This document shows, piece by piece, positions 26,509 through 35,605 of a DNA stretch of 64,000 bases. Numbering within the stretch: position 1 is the stretch's first letter; the number at the start of each line of letters is the position of its first letter. The DNA is taken from contig CAKUZW010000001.1 in NCBI GenBank assembly GCA_934718135.1, forward strand, positions 200,714-264,713, in the 5' to 3' direction. The notes beneath the pieces are model-generated. The model worked only from the letters and a program-made list of their open reading frames with translations. It ran no database searches and had not been told where the DNA came from. Made by a program: the position numbers and the translations under genes. The stretch is from an uncultured Candidatus Melainabacteria bacterium. GTDB lineage: Bacteria > Cyanobacteriota > Vampirovibrionia > Gastranaerophilales > Gastranaerophilaceae.

Positions 26509-27880
26509 AATCCCCCCTTAAACCATTATAAAATCTAGCAGTTGCACAAAATTTATCTTGGTTTAAAATTTTATCTAAATTCTCTAAATCCTTGTAAATA
26601 TCATTTTTTACTCTGTAATCATCTTTTTTGAAACATTTATCAATTAATATTTTTCTTTTGCTGTTAGGTAACTTTGATAATAAAATAATTACTGCTGTTT
26701 TTAAAGCTGTATTCCTTTCTCCCTTGTAGCGAGTAATAAATTTGCTGTAAGTTGTATAATGTGATTTATCGAACTTGATAAGACTACTATTTTGTACGAT
26801 TGCTCGAAAATGAAAACTGATAATAAGGGAGATAAAAAATCCTCCTTTTTCAACAAAATTACGTAAATAAATTTTATTCAAAGGGTTACAATCTAAAGAG
26901 AGAATACGACTTATAGTTCTCATACCTGTTACATATAAAATAAGCTCAATAGAATTAGAAGTTTTGCCATGTTTTACATGCAGCTCACTCTCAGATTTTC
27001 TATCCAATACCTTGTCAAACTCGCTTTTAACTTTTTTATAACCTTCATTTTTAAAAGCATCAGCTAAGATAAAATTATTTTTTACTCTAAATAGAATAGT
27101 TTGCTTTTTGTCATTTACTGTTATGACGATATTCTTCTTATTGGAAGGAATAAATTGTGAGATTTCTTCAAATAATTCTTCATATAAAACATCTGTTTCA
27201 AATTCTACGGACATTTTCATTCCAGTAAGAATATTCAAACTGATAAAATTATGAAACTCGGACAGATTAAGTGTAATCGTTTCATTAGTATAGGTATTTA
27301 CATATTCAGTAAGTAAAATTAACATTACAAAATGCCAAAAAGCATTTGCATAAAATGGAATTTCATTTTCATCTTTAACATGTTCAAGGAATACCTTGCT
27401 ATTGAAAGTAAAGACAAGATTCCTATTTTTTATATTAGCATTGTTAATAGGAACAGACTTTCTGCCTCTACCACTTGCAATATAACTCAATTTTACTATT
27501 TGTCTTATTAAATCAGAAGAAGCAAATTTAATAAAATTATCAATGTACGCTGCAGGATAGTTGAAGAATTGGGAATTATATTCCCTTAATAATTGCCCAT
27601 ATTCTTCTATATTAGTTATTCTGTACCTATTTATACTCCCTAACCAGTCATTCAGTCCCCTATTACAGTTATTTAATAGATTATTATCTCTTATAGCCCT
27701 AGATAATACTTTTCTTATATTATGGGCTGATAAACAAGTAGATAACATAATATACTTCTCTGATAATCTTTTTATATCCATAAAATTTCCTTTCTCTTTA
27801 ATTTTCCTATTTTCCTTTTTTATTGTATATACTCCTTTTGCTGTTATATTGCGGTTCTTAGGTGTTTTCTTGTACTGCAT
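26498..27880 (-). CDS. hypothetical protein
   Basis: AAGGGGA RBS. In the same operon direction as int/xis. No domain recognised. Confidence 0.6.
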   Translation of the reverse strand: MQYKKTPKNRNITAKGVYTIKKENRKIKEKGNFMDIKRLSEKYIMLSTCLSAHNIRKVLSRAIRDNNLLNNCNRGLNDWLGSINRYRITNIEEYGQLLREYNSQFFNYPAAYIDNFIKFASSDLIRQIVKLSYIASGRGRKSVPINNANIKNRNLVFTFNSKVFLEHVKDENEIPFYANAFWHFVMLILLTEYVNTYTNETITLNLSEFHNFISLNILTGMKMSVEFETDVLYEELFEEISQFIPSNKKNIVITVNDKKQTILFRVKNNFILADAFKNEGYKKVKSEFDKVLDRKSESELHVKHGKTSNSIELILYVTGMRTISRILSLDCNPLNKIYLRNFVEKGGFFISLIISFHFRAIVQNSSLIKFDKSHYTTYSKFITRYKGERNTALKTAVIILLSKLPNSKRKILIDKCFKKDDYRVKNDIYKDLENLDKILNQDKFCATARFYNGLRGDYGW

Positions 27881-27936
27881 GTATCCCCTTTATTGAAATA
27901 TCTTATTTGTATTTACTCTGGTATATGCCTAGTCAT

Positions 27937-28923
27937 TTAATACTCATTCAGTAACTTAAAAGCATTTTCCATACTGGCACTTGGATTATGTGTATATCGC
28001 TGAGTTGTTTTTAAATCTGCATGACCTAGTATTTTTTGTATAGTTACAATGTCAACTCCAGCCTCATTAAGTCGAGATGCAGTTGTATGCCTTAGCTTAT
28101 GAAACGTTATTGGCGGAATTCCACTACGTCTCACCGCTCTTTTGAAACTTGTTTTTACGTCTTTATATCTAGTACCAGTAACAGGGGATGTAAAAACATA
28201 ATCACCTAACCTTGGAAGTTTCAATAATTCTTCTTTAAGAGTTTTGGTTAATCTAAGCTTACGAGGTTTGTTATTCTTAGTATTTAAGGCAATAAGATAA
28301 TCTTCTTCAAAGAATACGTCTTGCCATTTTAAACTCAGTATTTCATTTTGCCTCATGCCAGTATGCAAGGCTGTTATTATAATTGCTTTCATCGTAGGAT
28401 TGCATACTGCAAGTAATCTTACTTCTTCATCCTTTGTCAAATAACGCTCTGAAGGATTTTCTATACGTAGCTTTTTCAGTGTCGAACAAGGATTTACCGC
28501 TATACGTTTATTTTCAATGGCTAATGAAAATAAACGGCGGATATTGTCAACTTCTCGATTTATGCTAGAATTTTTTATTTTACCTAAACGAGAGTTAATA
28601 TATTTTTCAATATCTGAAACGGTTATCTGCTCTACATCTTTATTTCCTACTAACTTATAAAACTTATCTATAACATAATCAAATTCTTCTGGTCTGGTAT
28701 AGTGAGCCATTGCATATTCTCTGAAATCTGCAATTAAGTCTTCTAAGTAATAGACCTGTTTCTTTGTTATGTCGTAACCAGTTTTTATAAGTTCTGCCTT
28801 ATGTACAGTTTCAAGATAAGCAACTTCACTTTTTAGAAGCCCTTTAAAAGTTTTACAATATCTTTTGCCTTTGTACATAAAGTTGTAACCATAATAACCT
28901 GATTTGTGTTTATATACACTCAT
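27937..28923 (-). CDS. int: tyrosine integrase (phage-integrase family with N-terminal arm-type DNA-binding domain)
   Basis: MSVYKHKSGYYGYNFMYKGKRYCKTF arm-binding-like N-terminus. C-terminal HKLRHTTASRL...ILGHADLKTTQRYTH. Confidence 0.92.
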   Translation of the reverse strand: MSVYKHKSGYYGYNFMYKGKRYCKTFKGLLKSEVAYLETVHKAELIKTGYDITKKQVYYLEDLIADFREYAMAHYTRPEEFDYVIDKFYKLVGNKDVEQITVSDIEKYINSRLGKIKNSSINREVDNIRRLFSLAIENKRIAVNPCSTLKKLRIENPSERYLTKDEEVRLLAVCNPTMKAIIITALHTGMRQNEILSLKWQDVFFEEDYLIALNTKNNKPRKLRLTKTLKEELLKLPRLGDYVFTSPVTGTRYKDVKTSFKRAVRRSGIPPITFHKLRHTTASRLNEAGVDIVTIQKILGHADLKTTQRYTHNPSASMENAFKLLNEY

Positions 28924-28925
28924 TA

Positions 28926-29108
28926 TTACCCTCTTTCTACTGTTGGAGAAAAAATATATGCCAAAAGAGCATCCGCATTAAATAAATATTTTCTTCCAAC
29001 TCTTCCACAAACTTCAGCAGGGAATTTTCCTCCCTTGGCTTGTTTTTGTAATGTTCTGACATCCAATTTTAGTATTTTTGCTGCTTCCAATGTGCTTATT
29101 ATCTCCAT
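28926..29108 (-). CDS. excisionase-like (MerR/AlpA-type) HTH protein
   Basis: Start moved to the ATG at 29108, which is preceded by AAAGGAGGT. MEIISTLEAAKILKLDVRTLQKQAKGGKFPA. Stop is 2 nt before the integrase start. Confidence 0.7.
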   Translation of the reverse strand: MEIISTLEAAKILKLDVRTLQKQAKGGKFPAEVCGRVGRKYLFNADALLAYIFSPTVERG

Positions 29109-29182
29109 TTTACCTCCTTTTCTTTTGAAAATAATTTTCACTTAACTGAAATATAAAACAGAAGGGTTTACTTTTCAAGGTC

Positions 29183-29275
29183 TAACGAAAATTTCGCCGC
29201 AGTATTGTTACAATTCTTAATGTTTTAGCGAAAATTTTGTTTAAATGAATTTTTATTGTATAGTTATTTTAGCGA
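29183..29275. promoter_or_regulatory. candidate operator repeats in the xis/XRE divergent region
   Basis: taacgaaaatttcg (29183-29196), ttagcgaaaatttt (29225-29238), ttagcga (29269-29275). Confidence 0.3.
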
Positions 29276-29282
29276 GGTATAT

Positions 29283-29714
29283 ATGCGAAAATTAGACAAC
29301 GATAAAGATATAAGCCAAAATATTAGACAATTACAGGAAGAAGTAAAAACGATAATTAGAAGATTTGGAGCTATTGTCGCTAAAACAAGAAAAGATAAAG
29401 GAATGAAATTACAGGAACTATCTCAGAAATCTGGAGTTAGTATAGGGGTAATTTCAGATTTGGAAAATGGGAAAGACAAAATTCCAAACCTTTATACTTT
29501 AATCGCATTAGCTAAGACACTTGAAATAAAGAATGATGAGTTTTTGCAAACTATTTTTGGAGAAATCATACATAAAGACCCAAATAAAAAAGCCCCTAGT
29601 GATATGTTGGTAGAGGCTTTAGTTGCTTATGGTGTGCCTTCTGATACTGCCGCTAATATTTTAGTGGGTATTGACCTGTCTTTTGGAAAACATCCTATTA
29701 AAAAAGAAAACTAA
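29283..29714 (+). CDS. XRE-family HTH regulator (cI-like repressor of the island)
   Basis: MKLQELSQKSGVSIGVISDLENGK HTH. Start set to the ATG at 29283 after GAGGT. Divergent from xis/int. Confidence 0.8.
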   Translation: MRKLDNDKDISQNIRQLQEEVKTIIRRFGAIVAKTRKDKGMKLQELSQKSGVSIGVISDLENGKDKIPNLYTLIALAKTLEIKNDEFLQTIFGEIIHKDPNKKAPSDMLVEALVAYGVPSDTAANILVGIDLSFGKHPIKKEN

Positions 29715-29737
29715 CAGATTTTAACGAACAAATGTTC

Positions 29738-29759
29738 TATTACATAATAATTACATAAT
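29738..29759. repeat. attacataataattacataatg (candidate arm-type sites, tRNA-proximal end)
   Basis: Identical 22-mer to 13353-13374, in direct orientation. Confidence 0.4.
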
Positions 29760-29768
29760 GACATTAAA

Positions 29769-29799
29769 AAAGGCTTTCAGTAATTTGCTGAAAGCCTTT
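29769..29799. terminator. hairpin terminator downstream of tRNA-Pro and of the XRE gene
   Basis: aaaggctttcag-taatttg-ctgaaagccttt with A/T runs on both sides. Confidence 0.55.
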
Positions 29800-29807
29800 A
29801 GTTTAAA

Positions 29808-29884
29808 TGGTCGGGATGACAGGATTTGAACCTGCGGCCCCTTCGTCCCGAACGAAGTGCGCTACCAAGCTGCGCTACATCCCG
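29808..29884 (-). tRNA. tRNA-Pro (anticodon CGG), CCA encoded
   Basis: Hand-folded. Acceptor CGGGATG/CATCCCG, D stem GCGC/GCGC, anticodon stem CTTCG/CGAAG with loop TTCGGGA (CGG, G37), T arm GCAGG-TTCAAAT-CCTGT, discriminator A plus CCA. Confidence 0.9.
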
Positions 29885-29961
29885 ACAATTGCTCTAAAAT
29901 TTTTTAGAGCAAAAGCACACATTTATTCTACATCAAAAATGATTTATGAAACAAGTATTTT

Positions 29962-31434
29962 TTATTGAGCAGTTGTGATTTCACTCCACAATCTGTTCAA
30001 TGCTTGAAGTTCTGTTCTTGTTGCAGGGTCGTTTAGCATTTGTTTGATTGCAGAAGCGTTTACATCTGTCAATTTGTAAGAAAATGCTGCAGATTCATCT
30101 CCACCTGCTTTATGTGACAATTCGTGCAATGCCGTTTCTAGGACATTACTAAAGTTTGCATTATCAAGATAATTTTTATCAATCCAAAATCCTTTTGATG
30201 TTCCATTATCAACAATTGCTTCTGCTAGAGTTTCGGAATTCAATCCTGATTCGTTTAAACCGTTTTTATCAAACATAAAGATTTTTGAATTTAATTCTTC
30301 AGGTTTGAAGTGAGTTCCTTCTAAAGATGGAGCTAATTTTTGTAATGCTTCTTTCAGTACCAAAATCTTTTTAGTTTGATTTGCATCAGGAAGAATAACG
30401 TCATGTGCTCTAGCATCGCCTACAACATCTCTGATTGTTTGCATACCCCAATTGGCAAATCGTTCATTACATACGGTATAACCATTTATTTTTAAATCTC
30501 TTATCACATCGTCACTTGCGTTAGAATATGCTACACATTTTTCAGGAAATTTGAATGCGGTTTCCTTTATTTCAGAATTACATCTGCCTATCATTAAAAA
30601 CGTATCTAAAAATTCATGTATTGGAGTTTCATCTAAATATTTAACTTTACCCCAATACGGTTTTAAGGCGTCTAACAATTTTCCTTTATCTTCAAGGCTC
30701 ATTCTGCGGTCATTTGCTATCCAAAATGCAATCTCTTTTAACTGATCAGTTCCAAGAGAAGTTCTATCTCTAGATGGATCAAGTGTTTTCACCGGAGGTT
30801 TTTCTTTAATAAATAATGCAATGTTATCTAAGCCGTCATAATTGTTATCAAATTCAAATCTTTGTCCTGCGATATAAATGCCGCCTTTTTCTCCTGATTT
30901 TAAATTTTTGATACCAATTAAATCATTTTCAAAATCAGGGGCTTTGAAATGAGGGTTCCCTGAATGATAGAAACGATTGATACTTGTTCTGAATGTATCT
31001 AACAAGGCTCTATCTGATGTTTCAAATTCCATATAGTTGCCGTTAAGTTTATTCGGAACCTTGTCCAAACTGTATGACAAAACTCGTTTGTCTGACAAAT
31101 TACCTTTTGCAAGGGTATAAGTCAAATTCCAGTTATCTGAACCGATTTTTACGTCTGAAGCTCCGGCATCTTTCAACAATTTCAATACAGACATTTTTAA
31201 ACCTTCACCGTAATTACCTGCGGCTTTGGAATTGTTTCGTTTTGTTGATTCTCCGATATAAACAGCTTTGTCGGGAGTGTATGTGCTGTCTCCTTCAATT
31301 CTGATTTTGAATTTGCCGTTACCTGTTGGGGTAAAGCTCAAGTGAACACCATCTAATGTTTGACCATGACCATCAAAGAAGTTTTGTAAAACATCCCTTG
31401 CAATTTTGTCATTGTTCCATTGAACTGAATGCAT
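29962..31434 (-). CDS. hypothetical protein; possible GHKL-like ATPase N-terminus and HExxH motif near the C-terminus
   Basis: DVLQNFFDG (N-box-like), AAGNYGEGLKMSVL (G-box-like), C-terminal ALHELSHKAGGDE. All are weak by-eye matches. Confidence 0.55.
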   Translation of the reverse strand: MHSVQWNNDKIARDVLQNFFDGHGQTLDGVHLSFTPTGNGKFKIRIEGDSTYTPDKAVYIGESTKRNNSKAAGNYGEGLKMSVLKLLKDAGASDVKIGSDNWNLTYTLAKGNLSDKRVLSYSLDKVPNKLNGNYMEFETSDRALLDTFRTSINRFYHSGNPHFKAPDFENDLIGIKNLKSGEKGGIYIAGQRFEFDNNYDGLDNIALFIKEKPPVKTLDPSRDRTSLGTDQLKEIAFWIANDRRMSLEDKGKLLDALKPYWGKVKYLDETPIHEFLDTFLMIGRCNSEIKETAFKFPEKCVAYSNASDDVIRDLKINGYTVCNERFANWGMQTIRDVVGDARAHDVILPDANQTKKILVLKEALQKLAPSLEGTHFKPEELNSKIFMFDKNGLNESGLNSETLAEAIVDNGTSKGFWIDKNYLDNANFSNVLETALHELSHKAGGDESAAFSYKLTDVNASAIKQMLNDPATRTELQALNRLWSEITTAQ

Positions 31435-32200
31435 AACTTTCGGTGATATTTGTCATTTGATTTTTTAGAGGGGTGAAATTAACAGATTCCATGTGGCTAA
31501 CTTTCATTTCACCGTTAGGAAGTCTGAAATCAAAATGACCGTCAGTGGTGATTTCAGGAATATTCAAGGTTTGCATTCCTGCACGATTTACTGTTCCTGA
31601 TTTTGGTAATGGAATAGCTTTACCGCTAGTCATTTCAGCCCCTGATTTTTTACCTGTAACAGGAGGGGTTGAAGCGTCATAATCAAGTTTTCCATTTTCA
31701 ACTTTTGATTTTAGTCCGTTGTAAATTTTTTCACGAACATCTTTAGGTGCTATATCACCTTCAAAAATATCTTGAAATTTATCTTTGGCATCTTGGAGTT
31801 CTTTTTGAAGATTTGCGTTTGCTTCTTTGATTTTTTTATTTGCTTCATTTAGAGAGTCAATATTTTTCGTTTTTTCTTCTATGGTTTTTTCGAGCTTAGA
31901 AACATTTTCTTTCAAAGCTTTTTCTGCGGCTTGCAATTCTCTTTCAGAACTTTTCAATACGGAATTGTCGTGTAACAGAGCATTAATTTTGCTTTGTCCG
32001 CGTCCTCTCATAACAGCTCCGCCTAAAACTGCTGCTGCCATTGCGGTTGCAAGAACGGCACCTCCGACTTGTGCTCCTGAATAACCTTCATTATTGTTAA
32101 CTTGAGCAGTTGGGCTTACATTTTCTTTGGCTTTTACATTTCCTTTATTTGAGGCGAATTCCGGTTGAACTGAGTAGTTGTTAATTGCTTTTAAATCCAT
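31409..32200 (-). CDS. hypothetical protein with Gly/Ala-rich TM segment and coiled coil
   Basis: GAQVGGAVLATAMAAAVLGGAVM, then a long K/E-rich coiled coil. Its 3' end overlaps the next gene by 26 nt. Confidence 0.5.
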   Translation of the reverse strand: MDLKAINNYSVQPEFASNKGNVKAKENVSPTAQVNNNEGYSGAQVGGAVLATAMAAAVLGGAVMRGRGQSKINALLHDNSVLKSSERELQAAEKALKENVSKLEKTIEEKTKNIDSLNEANKKIKEANANLQKELQDAKDKFQDIFEGDIAPKDVREKIYNGLKSKVENGKLDYDASTPPVTGKKSGAEMTSGKAIPLPKSGTVNRAGMQTLNIPEITTDGHFDFRLPNGEMKVSHMESVNFTPLKNQMTNITESYAFSSMEQ

Positions 32201-32290
32201 AGACGCAAAAATCCTTTTACTTTTTCCTACATATATTTATAAAGGATGTTATTTAAAAATTTTTGCCTTTTTATTAAAATTTGTTAATTT

Positions 32291-33847
32291 CTATCTTTTT
32301 CTAGGTTTCGGAATTCTTTTAATCTTCAAAAACAATAACAGAGGAATAATTACGATACAAAGCATAGCAAGTAGAGCAAAGACATCATAAAAAGCAGCAA
32401 GTCTTGATTGTTGAAGAAGTTGTTTATAGAGTAATCCGTTTGCTTTTCTTGCAGCAACAACATGCGGATAATGGATTAAAAATTTATTAGTAAAAGCCAT
32501 CAATTTGTAGCGGAACATCATGTTGTGATATCCTAAATCGCCGACCAAATAGTTTTGATGAACTTGTGAAACTCGGGCTATAAAAGTTGCGGACATTGCA
32601 GTTGAAATAGCAGTGATTAAGTTTTTGAATAATGCGTGAAGAGCTGCTGCGTCAGCATTTTTAGACGGTGGCATTGTTCTAAAAGACAGAGCCGTAATAG
32701 GTACAAAAGCAATCGGAACTCCAATACACAACAAAAGATTTGGCAAAATAACACTGGACATTGAAGATGTTGTGTTCATTGAAGTTAAGAGTAAGGTTGA
32801 AATACCCATTACTATAAAACCGGTTGCTGTTAGAATTCTTGGTTCAATGTATTTTGAAATTGCACCAACAACCAGCAATCCTACAAAACATACAATTGCC
32901 CTTGGGAACATCGTAAGTCCTGACATTGAAGGGCTATAACCTAACAAACTTTGGATAAACATTGGAACAAGTAACAAGGTAGCATATAACATTACGTTAA
33001 TCAATGAACTAATTGTTGTACCGAATAAAAAGTTTCTATCTTTGAAAACTCTGATATCAATTACCGGATTGTCACATTCCAATTCCCAAACATAAAAGAA
33101 AATGAATGAGAAAATACAAATTCCTGTCAAATAGCAAATCCAAGGAGTATCAAACCAGTTATATTGCTGACCTCTATCCAAAACTATTTGCATACAAGCC
33201 ATTGCAATAACAATTGAAATATATCCGACTATATCAAATTTCTTTTTCTTAACAGTCTTAGGAGGTTTGTCGTCCGGAACAAACAGTTTCAACAAAAGAA
33301 ACGACAGCATACATAACGGAATATTTATAATAAATACCCATTGCCACGACCAGTTATCTGTCAAATACCCGCCCATAAAAGGCCCCGCAAGAGGTGAAAA
33401 CATTGCAGCAACCCCAAATAAACTCATAGCAATCCCTCGTTGTTCTTTTGGAAAAACATCCAATAAAATTGCTTGACACAATGGCAAAATACAACCGCTC
33501 CCTACCCCTTGGACAACACGAGCACCAATCAAAGCTTGAAGATTAGGAGCAAAAATACAAAGTAAACATCCTAACGCAAATACCCACAAACTATAAAAAA
33601 ACAAAAGTTTTTTCCCTATAAGCTGAACTAAATACCCTGTAACAGGAAGCATCAATCCAGCAGAAATAATATAACAAGTGATAACCGTATTTGCTTCATA
33701 CTGAGTTGCACCATAAAAACCTGCAATATTTGGTTGACAAACGTTTGTTGCAGATGATGCTGCAAGTGATAAAAATGATGGTAATAATACCGAAATTGCT
33801 ACTATATATGGGTTTATTGGGGTGTTTTTTACTTTCTCTTGAGTCAT
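32291..33847 (-). CDS. MFS transporter, DHA2 (EmrB/QacA, 14-TMS) family
   Basis: 518 aa with ~14 hydrophobic segments. N-terminal pattern as in EmrB-type pumps. Similar to the partial ORF at 63710. Confidence 0.9.
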   Translation of the reverse strand: MTQEKVKNTPINPYIVAISVLLPSFLSLAASSATNVCQPNIAGFYGATQYEANTVITCYIISAGLMLPVTGYLVQLIGKKLLFFYSLWVFALGCLLCIFAPNLQALIGARVVQGVGSGCILPLCQAILLDVFPKEQRGIAMSLFGVAAMFSPLAGPFMGGYLTDNWSWQWVFIINIPLCMLSFLLLKLFVPDDKPPKTVKKKKFDIVGYISIVIAMACMQIVLDRGQQYNWFDTPWICYLTGICIFSFIFFYVWELECDNPVIDIRVFKDRNFLFGTTISSLINVMLYATLLLVPMFIQSLLGYSPSMSGLTMFPRAIVCFVGLLVVGAISKYIEPRILTATGFIVMGISTLLLTSMNTTSSMSSVILPNLLLCIGVPIAFVPITALSFRTMPPSKNADAAALHALFKNLITAISTAMSATFIARVSQVHQNYLVGDLGYHNMMFRYKLMAFTNKFLIHYPHVVAARKANGLLYKQLLQQSRLAAFYDVFALLAMLCIVIIPLLLFLKIKRIPKPRKR

Positions 33848-33997
33848 AAATTCTTATTCCAAAGTTTGTTATTATGATAACACAATTTATATTACTAATA
33901 TATTACTTCATAAAAACAATTCAAGAAGTTTGTAATTATTATTAATATAAAATTTATTTTTTTAGCCCTACCAACAAAACAATTGTATAATATTTTT

Positions 33998-34813
33998 ATG
34001 AAAAAAGTTTTGTTCATGATTTTTATACTATTATCGTTTTCCACATTAGCCGTAAATGCTGATGATTTGGATGATTTTGGGGTTGTAGAAGAAACACCTG
34101 AAGTTCAAAATGATACGCAAATACAACCACAAACAGAAGAAAACGAAGAGCAATCAGAAGACATTTTGAATGATGATGACTCAGATGAAAATGACGAGGA
34201 TACAGATTATTCAGATTTTTTATACAATGAAAATGATGATGGGATATATTTGAACACAAGTTCAGAACCTAAAGCTCCATTAAAAAATAAACGCAGTAAA
34301 ATTAAGGGTGATGAAGTAAATTGTGACACTCAAAATGATTTTCATCTTTCTCCTCAAAACCTAAATCTATATGACCGTGATAATGAATATTCAAAAACAT
34401 CAACAAGTTTCAGCAGAGAAAAACAAGTTGGGAATATGTCATTTGGAGCTACTTATGACAGTTCAATAACTCCAAACGAGTTAAGCCAAACAAGAACATT
34501 ATTCACAAAATATCAAAAAGATAAATTAATGCTGAACACTTCTTACAAAAACAATACATTTGGCTCTTTCGGTCAACAATTCAGCGGAACTTTTTCATTT
34601 TCTCCGGAATACAAATTGAATAATCATCTGTCACTTCAAAGTATTTATTCTAGAAATATCTTAGATAAAAGTAATAAAAATGAAGTAGTATTTTCTCTAA
34701 AACTGTTCAATGACGATAGGATGAACTTTAATGTAGGAGCAAGTCAAATCAACTATGATAACGGTGCTCCGACACGTTCTCAGTTTAATTTTTCAACTAA
34801 AATTAATTTCTAG
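33998..34813 (+). CDS. secreted acidic protein, possible outer-membrane beta-barrel
   Basis: Signal peptide MKKVLFMIFILLSFSTLAVNA (the ATG at 33998 is preferred over the TTG at 33983). D/E-rich linker, alternating C-terminal half ending in ...STKINF (terminal Phe). Confidence 0.5.
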   Translation: MKKVLFMIFILLSFSTLAVNADDLDDFGVVEETPEVQNDTQIQPQTEENEEQSEDILNDDDSDENDEDTDYSDFLYNENDDGIYLNTSSEPKAPLKNKRSKIKGDEVNCDTQNDFHLSPQNLNLYDRDNEYSKTSTSFSREKQVGNMSFGATYDSSITPNELSQTRTLFTKYQKDKLMLNTSYKNNTFGSFGQQFSGTFSFSPEYKLNNHLSLQSIYSRNILDKSNKNEVVFSLKLFNDDRMNFNVGASQINYDNGAPTRSQFNFSTKINF

Positions 34814-35498
34814 TTTTTGACAGTTCTTTCTTCCAAGTATGTAAAAAATAGATTGAAAGCACGAAATACGCACCCCACATTAAAATGGTTGCAAAACAAT
34901 TTGAACCGTTCAAATATGCCCCAATCCACATAACAACGGACAAACCGTTTACAATGAACCAAACATACCACTGTTCAATACATCTTTTTACAGTCAAAAT
35001 TAGCCCTACAACGGACAGTACAGAAGTCAAAGAATCAATAGCAGGGCTTTGATCTTTAAGTAATACCAAAATTACATATCCAATTATTGAGAATAATATT
35101 GATAAAGTTAAATAAATAACTTTTTCTTTGTTAGATAAACAAGTTTTGACAATTTCTTGAGTATCTTTTTTTAAATGTTCTTTCCATTTAAAAATTCCGA
35201 AAACCTGCATTGGAAAGTAATACAAAAGATACAATGCTAAATTCCCATATAATGCGTTTTTAAATGAAAGATAACTGTAACATGCTGTTCCGGCAAGTCC
35301 CAAAAAGTAACAAGAAATTTTGCCTTTTCCTGCCAAAATTGAATAACTCACACCACAAATTGAAGAAATTAATGCAATTTTGCTATCATTCATAACAAAA
35401 GACAAAACAATAATGAATAAAATTCCTAAAGGGAAAATTACTCGCTCATACTTGCCCCAACCTTGTAATTCACCTTTAATAAACTCTAATAATTTCAT
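34803..35498 (-). CDS. pnuC: nicotinamide riboside transporter PnuC
   Basis: 7-8 TM segments. N-terminal WGKYERVIFP...LAGKGKISCYFLGL and FKWKEH pattern typical of PnuC. Confidence 0.85.
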   Translation of the reverse strand: MKLLEFIKGELQGWGKYERVIFPLGILFIIVLSFVMNDSKIALISSICGVSYSILAGKGKISCYFLGLAGTACYSYLSFKNALYGNLALYLLYYFPMQVFGIFKWKEHLKKDTQEIVKTCLSNKEKVIYLTLSILFSIIGYVILVLLKDQSPAIDSLTSVLSVVGLILTVKRCIEQWYVWFIVNGLSVVMWIGAYLNGSNCFATILMWGAYFVLSIYFLHTWKKELSKTRN

Positions 35499-35605
35499 TA
35501 AAATTATTGTATCTTAAAAATTTTAAATATTGAAATATTTTAAGATTTATCAAAAACATTTTACTTTTAACCTTGTGTGCGGTGTACTGATATTAGGGAT
35601 AACAA

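Larger units (their letters stand above)
13237..29810. mobile_element. tRNA-Pro-integrated genomic island (~16.6 kb) with defence-type cargo
   Basis: Bounded by the 45-bp direct repeat. Integrase, Xis-like and XRE module next to the intact tRNA. Cargo includes AbiH, methyltransferase, Fic, AbiTii-like, Mrr-like and AAA+ operon genes. No capsid, tail, terminase or conjugation genes recognised. Confidence 0.8.

Noticed and set aside
13237-29810. Prophage
   Set aside because: No terminase, portal, capsid, tail or lysis genes are recognisable, and the size is only 16.6 kb. A phage satellite or defence island is more consistent, although helper-dependent mobilisation cannot be excluded.
31409-31434. 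Frameshifted single gene spanning 32200-29962
   Set aside because: The 26-nt overlap has no slippery homopolymer. The downstream ORF has its own ATG. The two products have different, self-contained architectures. Overlapping separate genes is the simpler reading.
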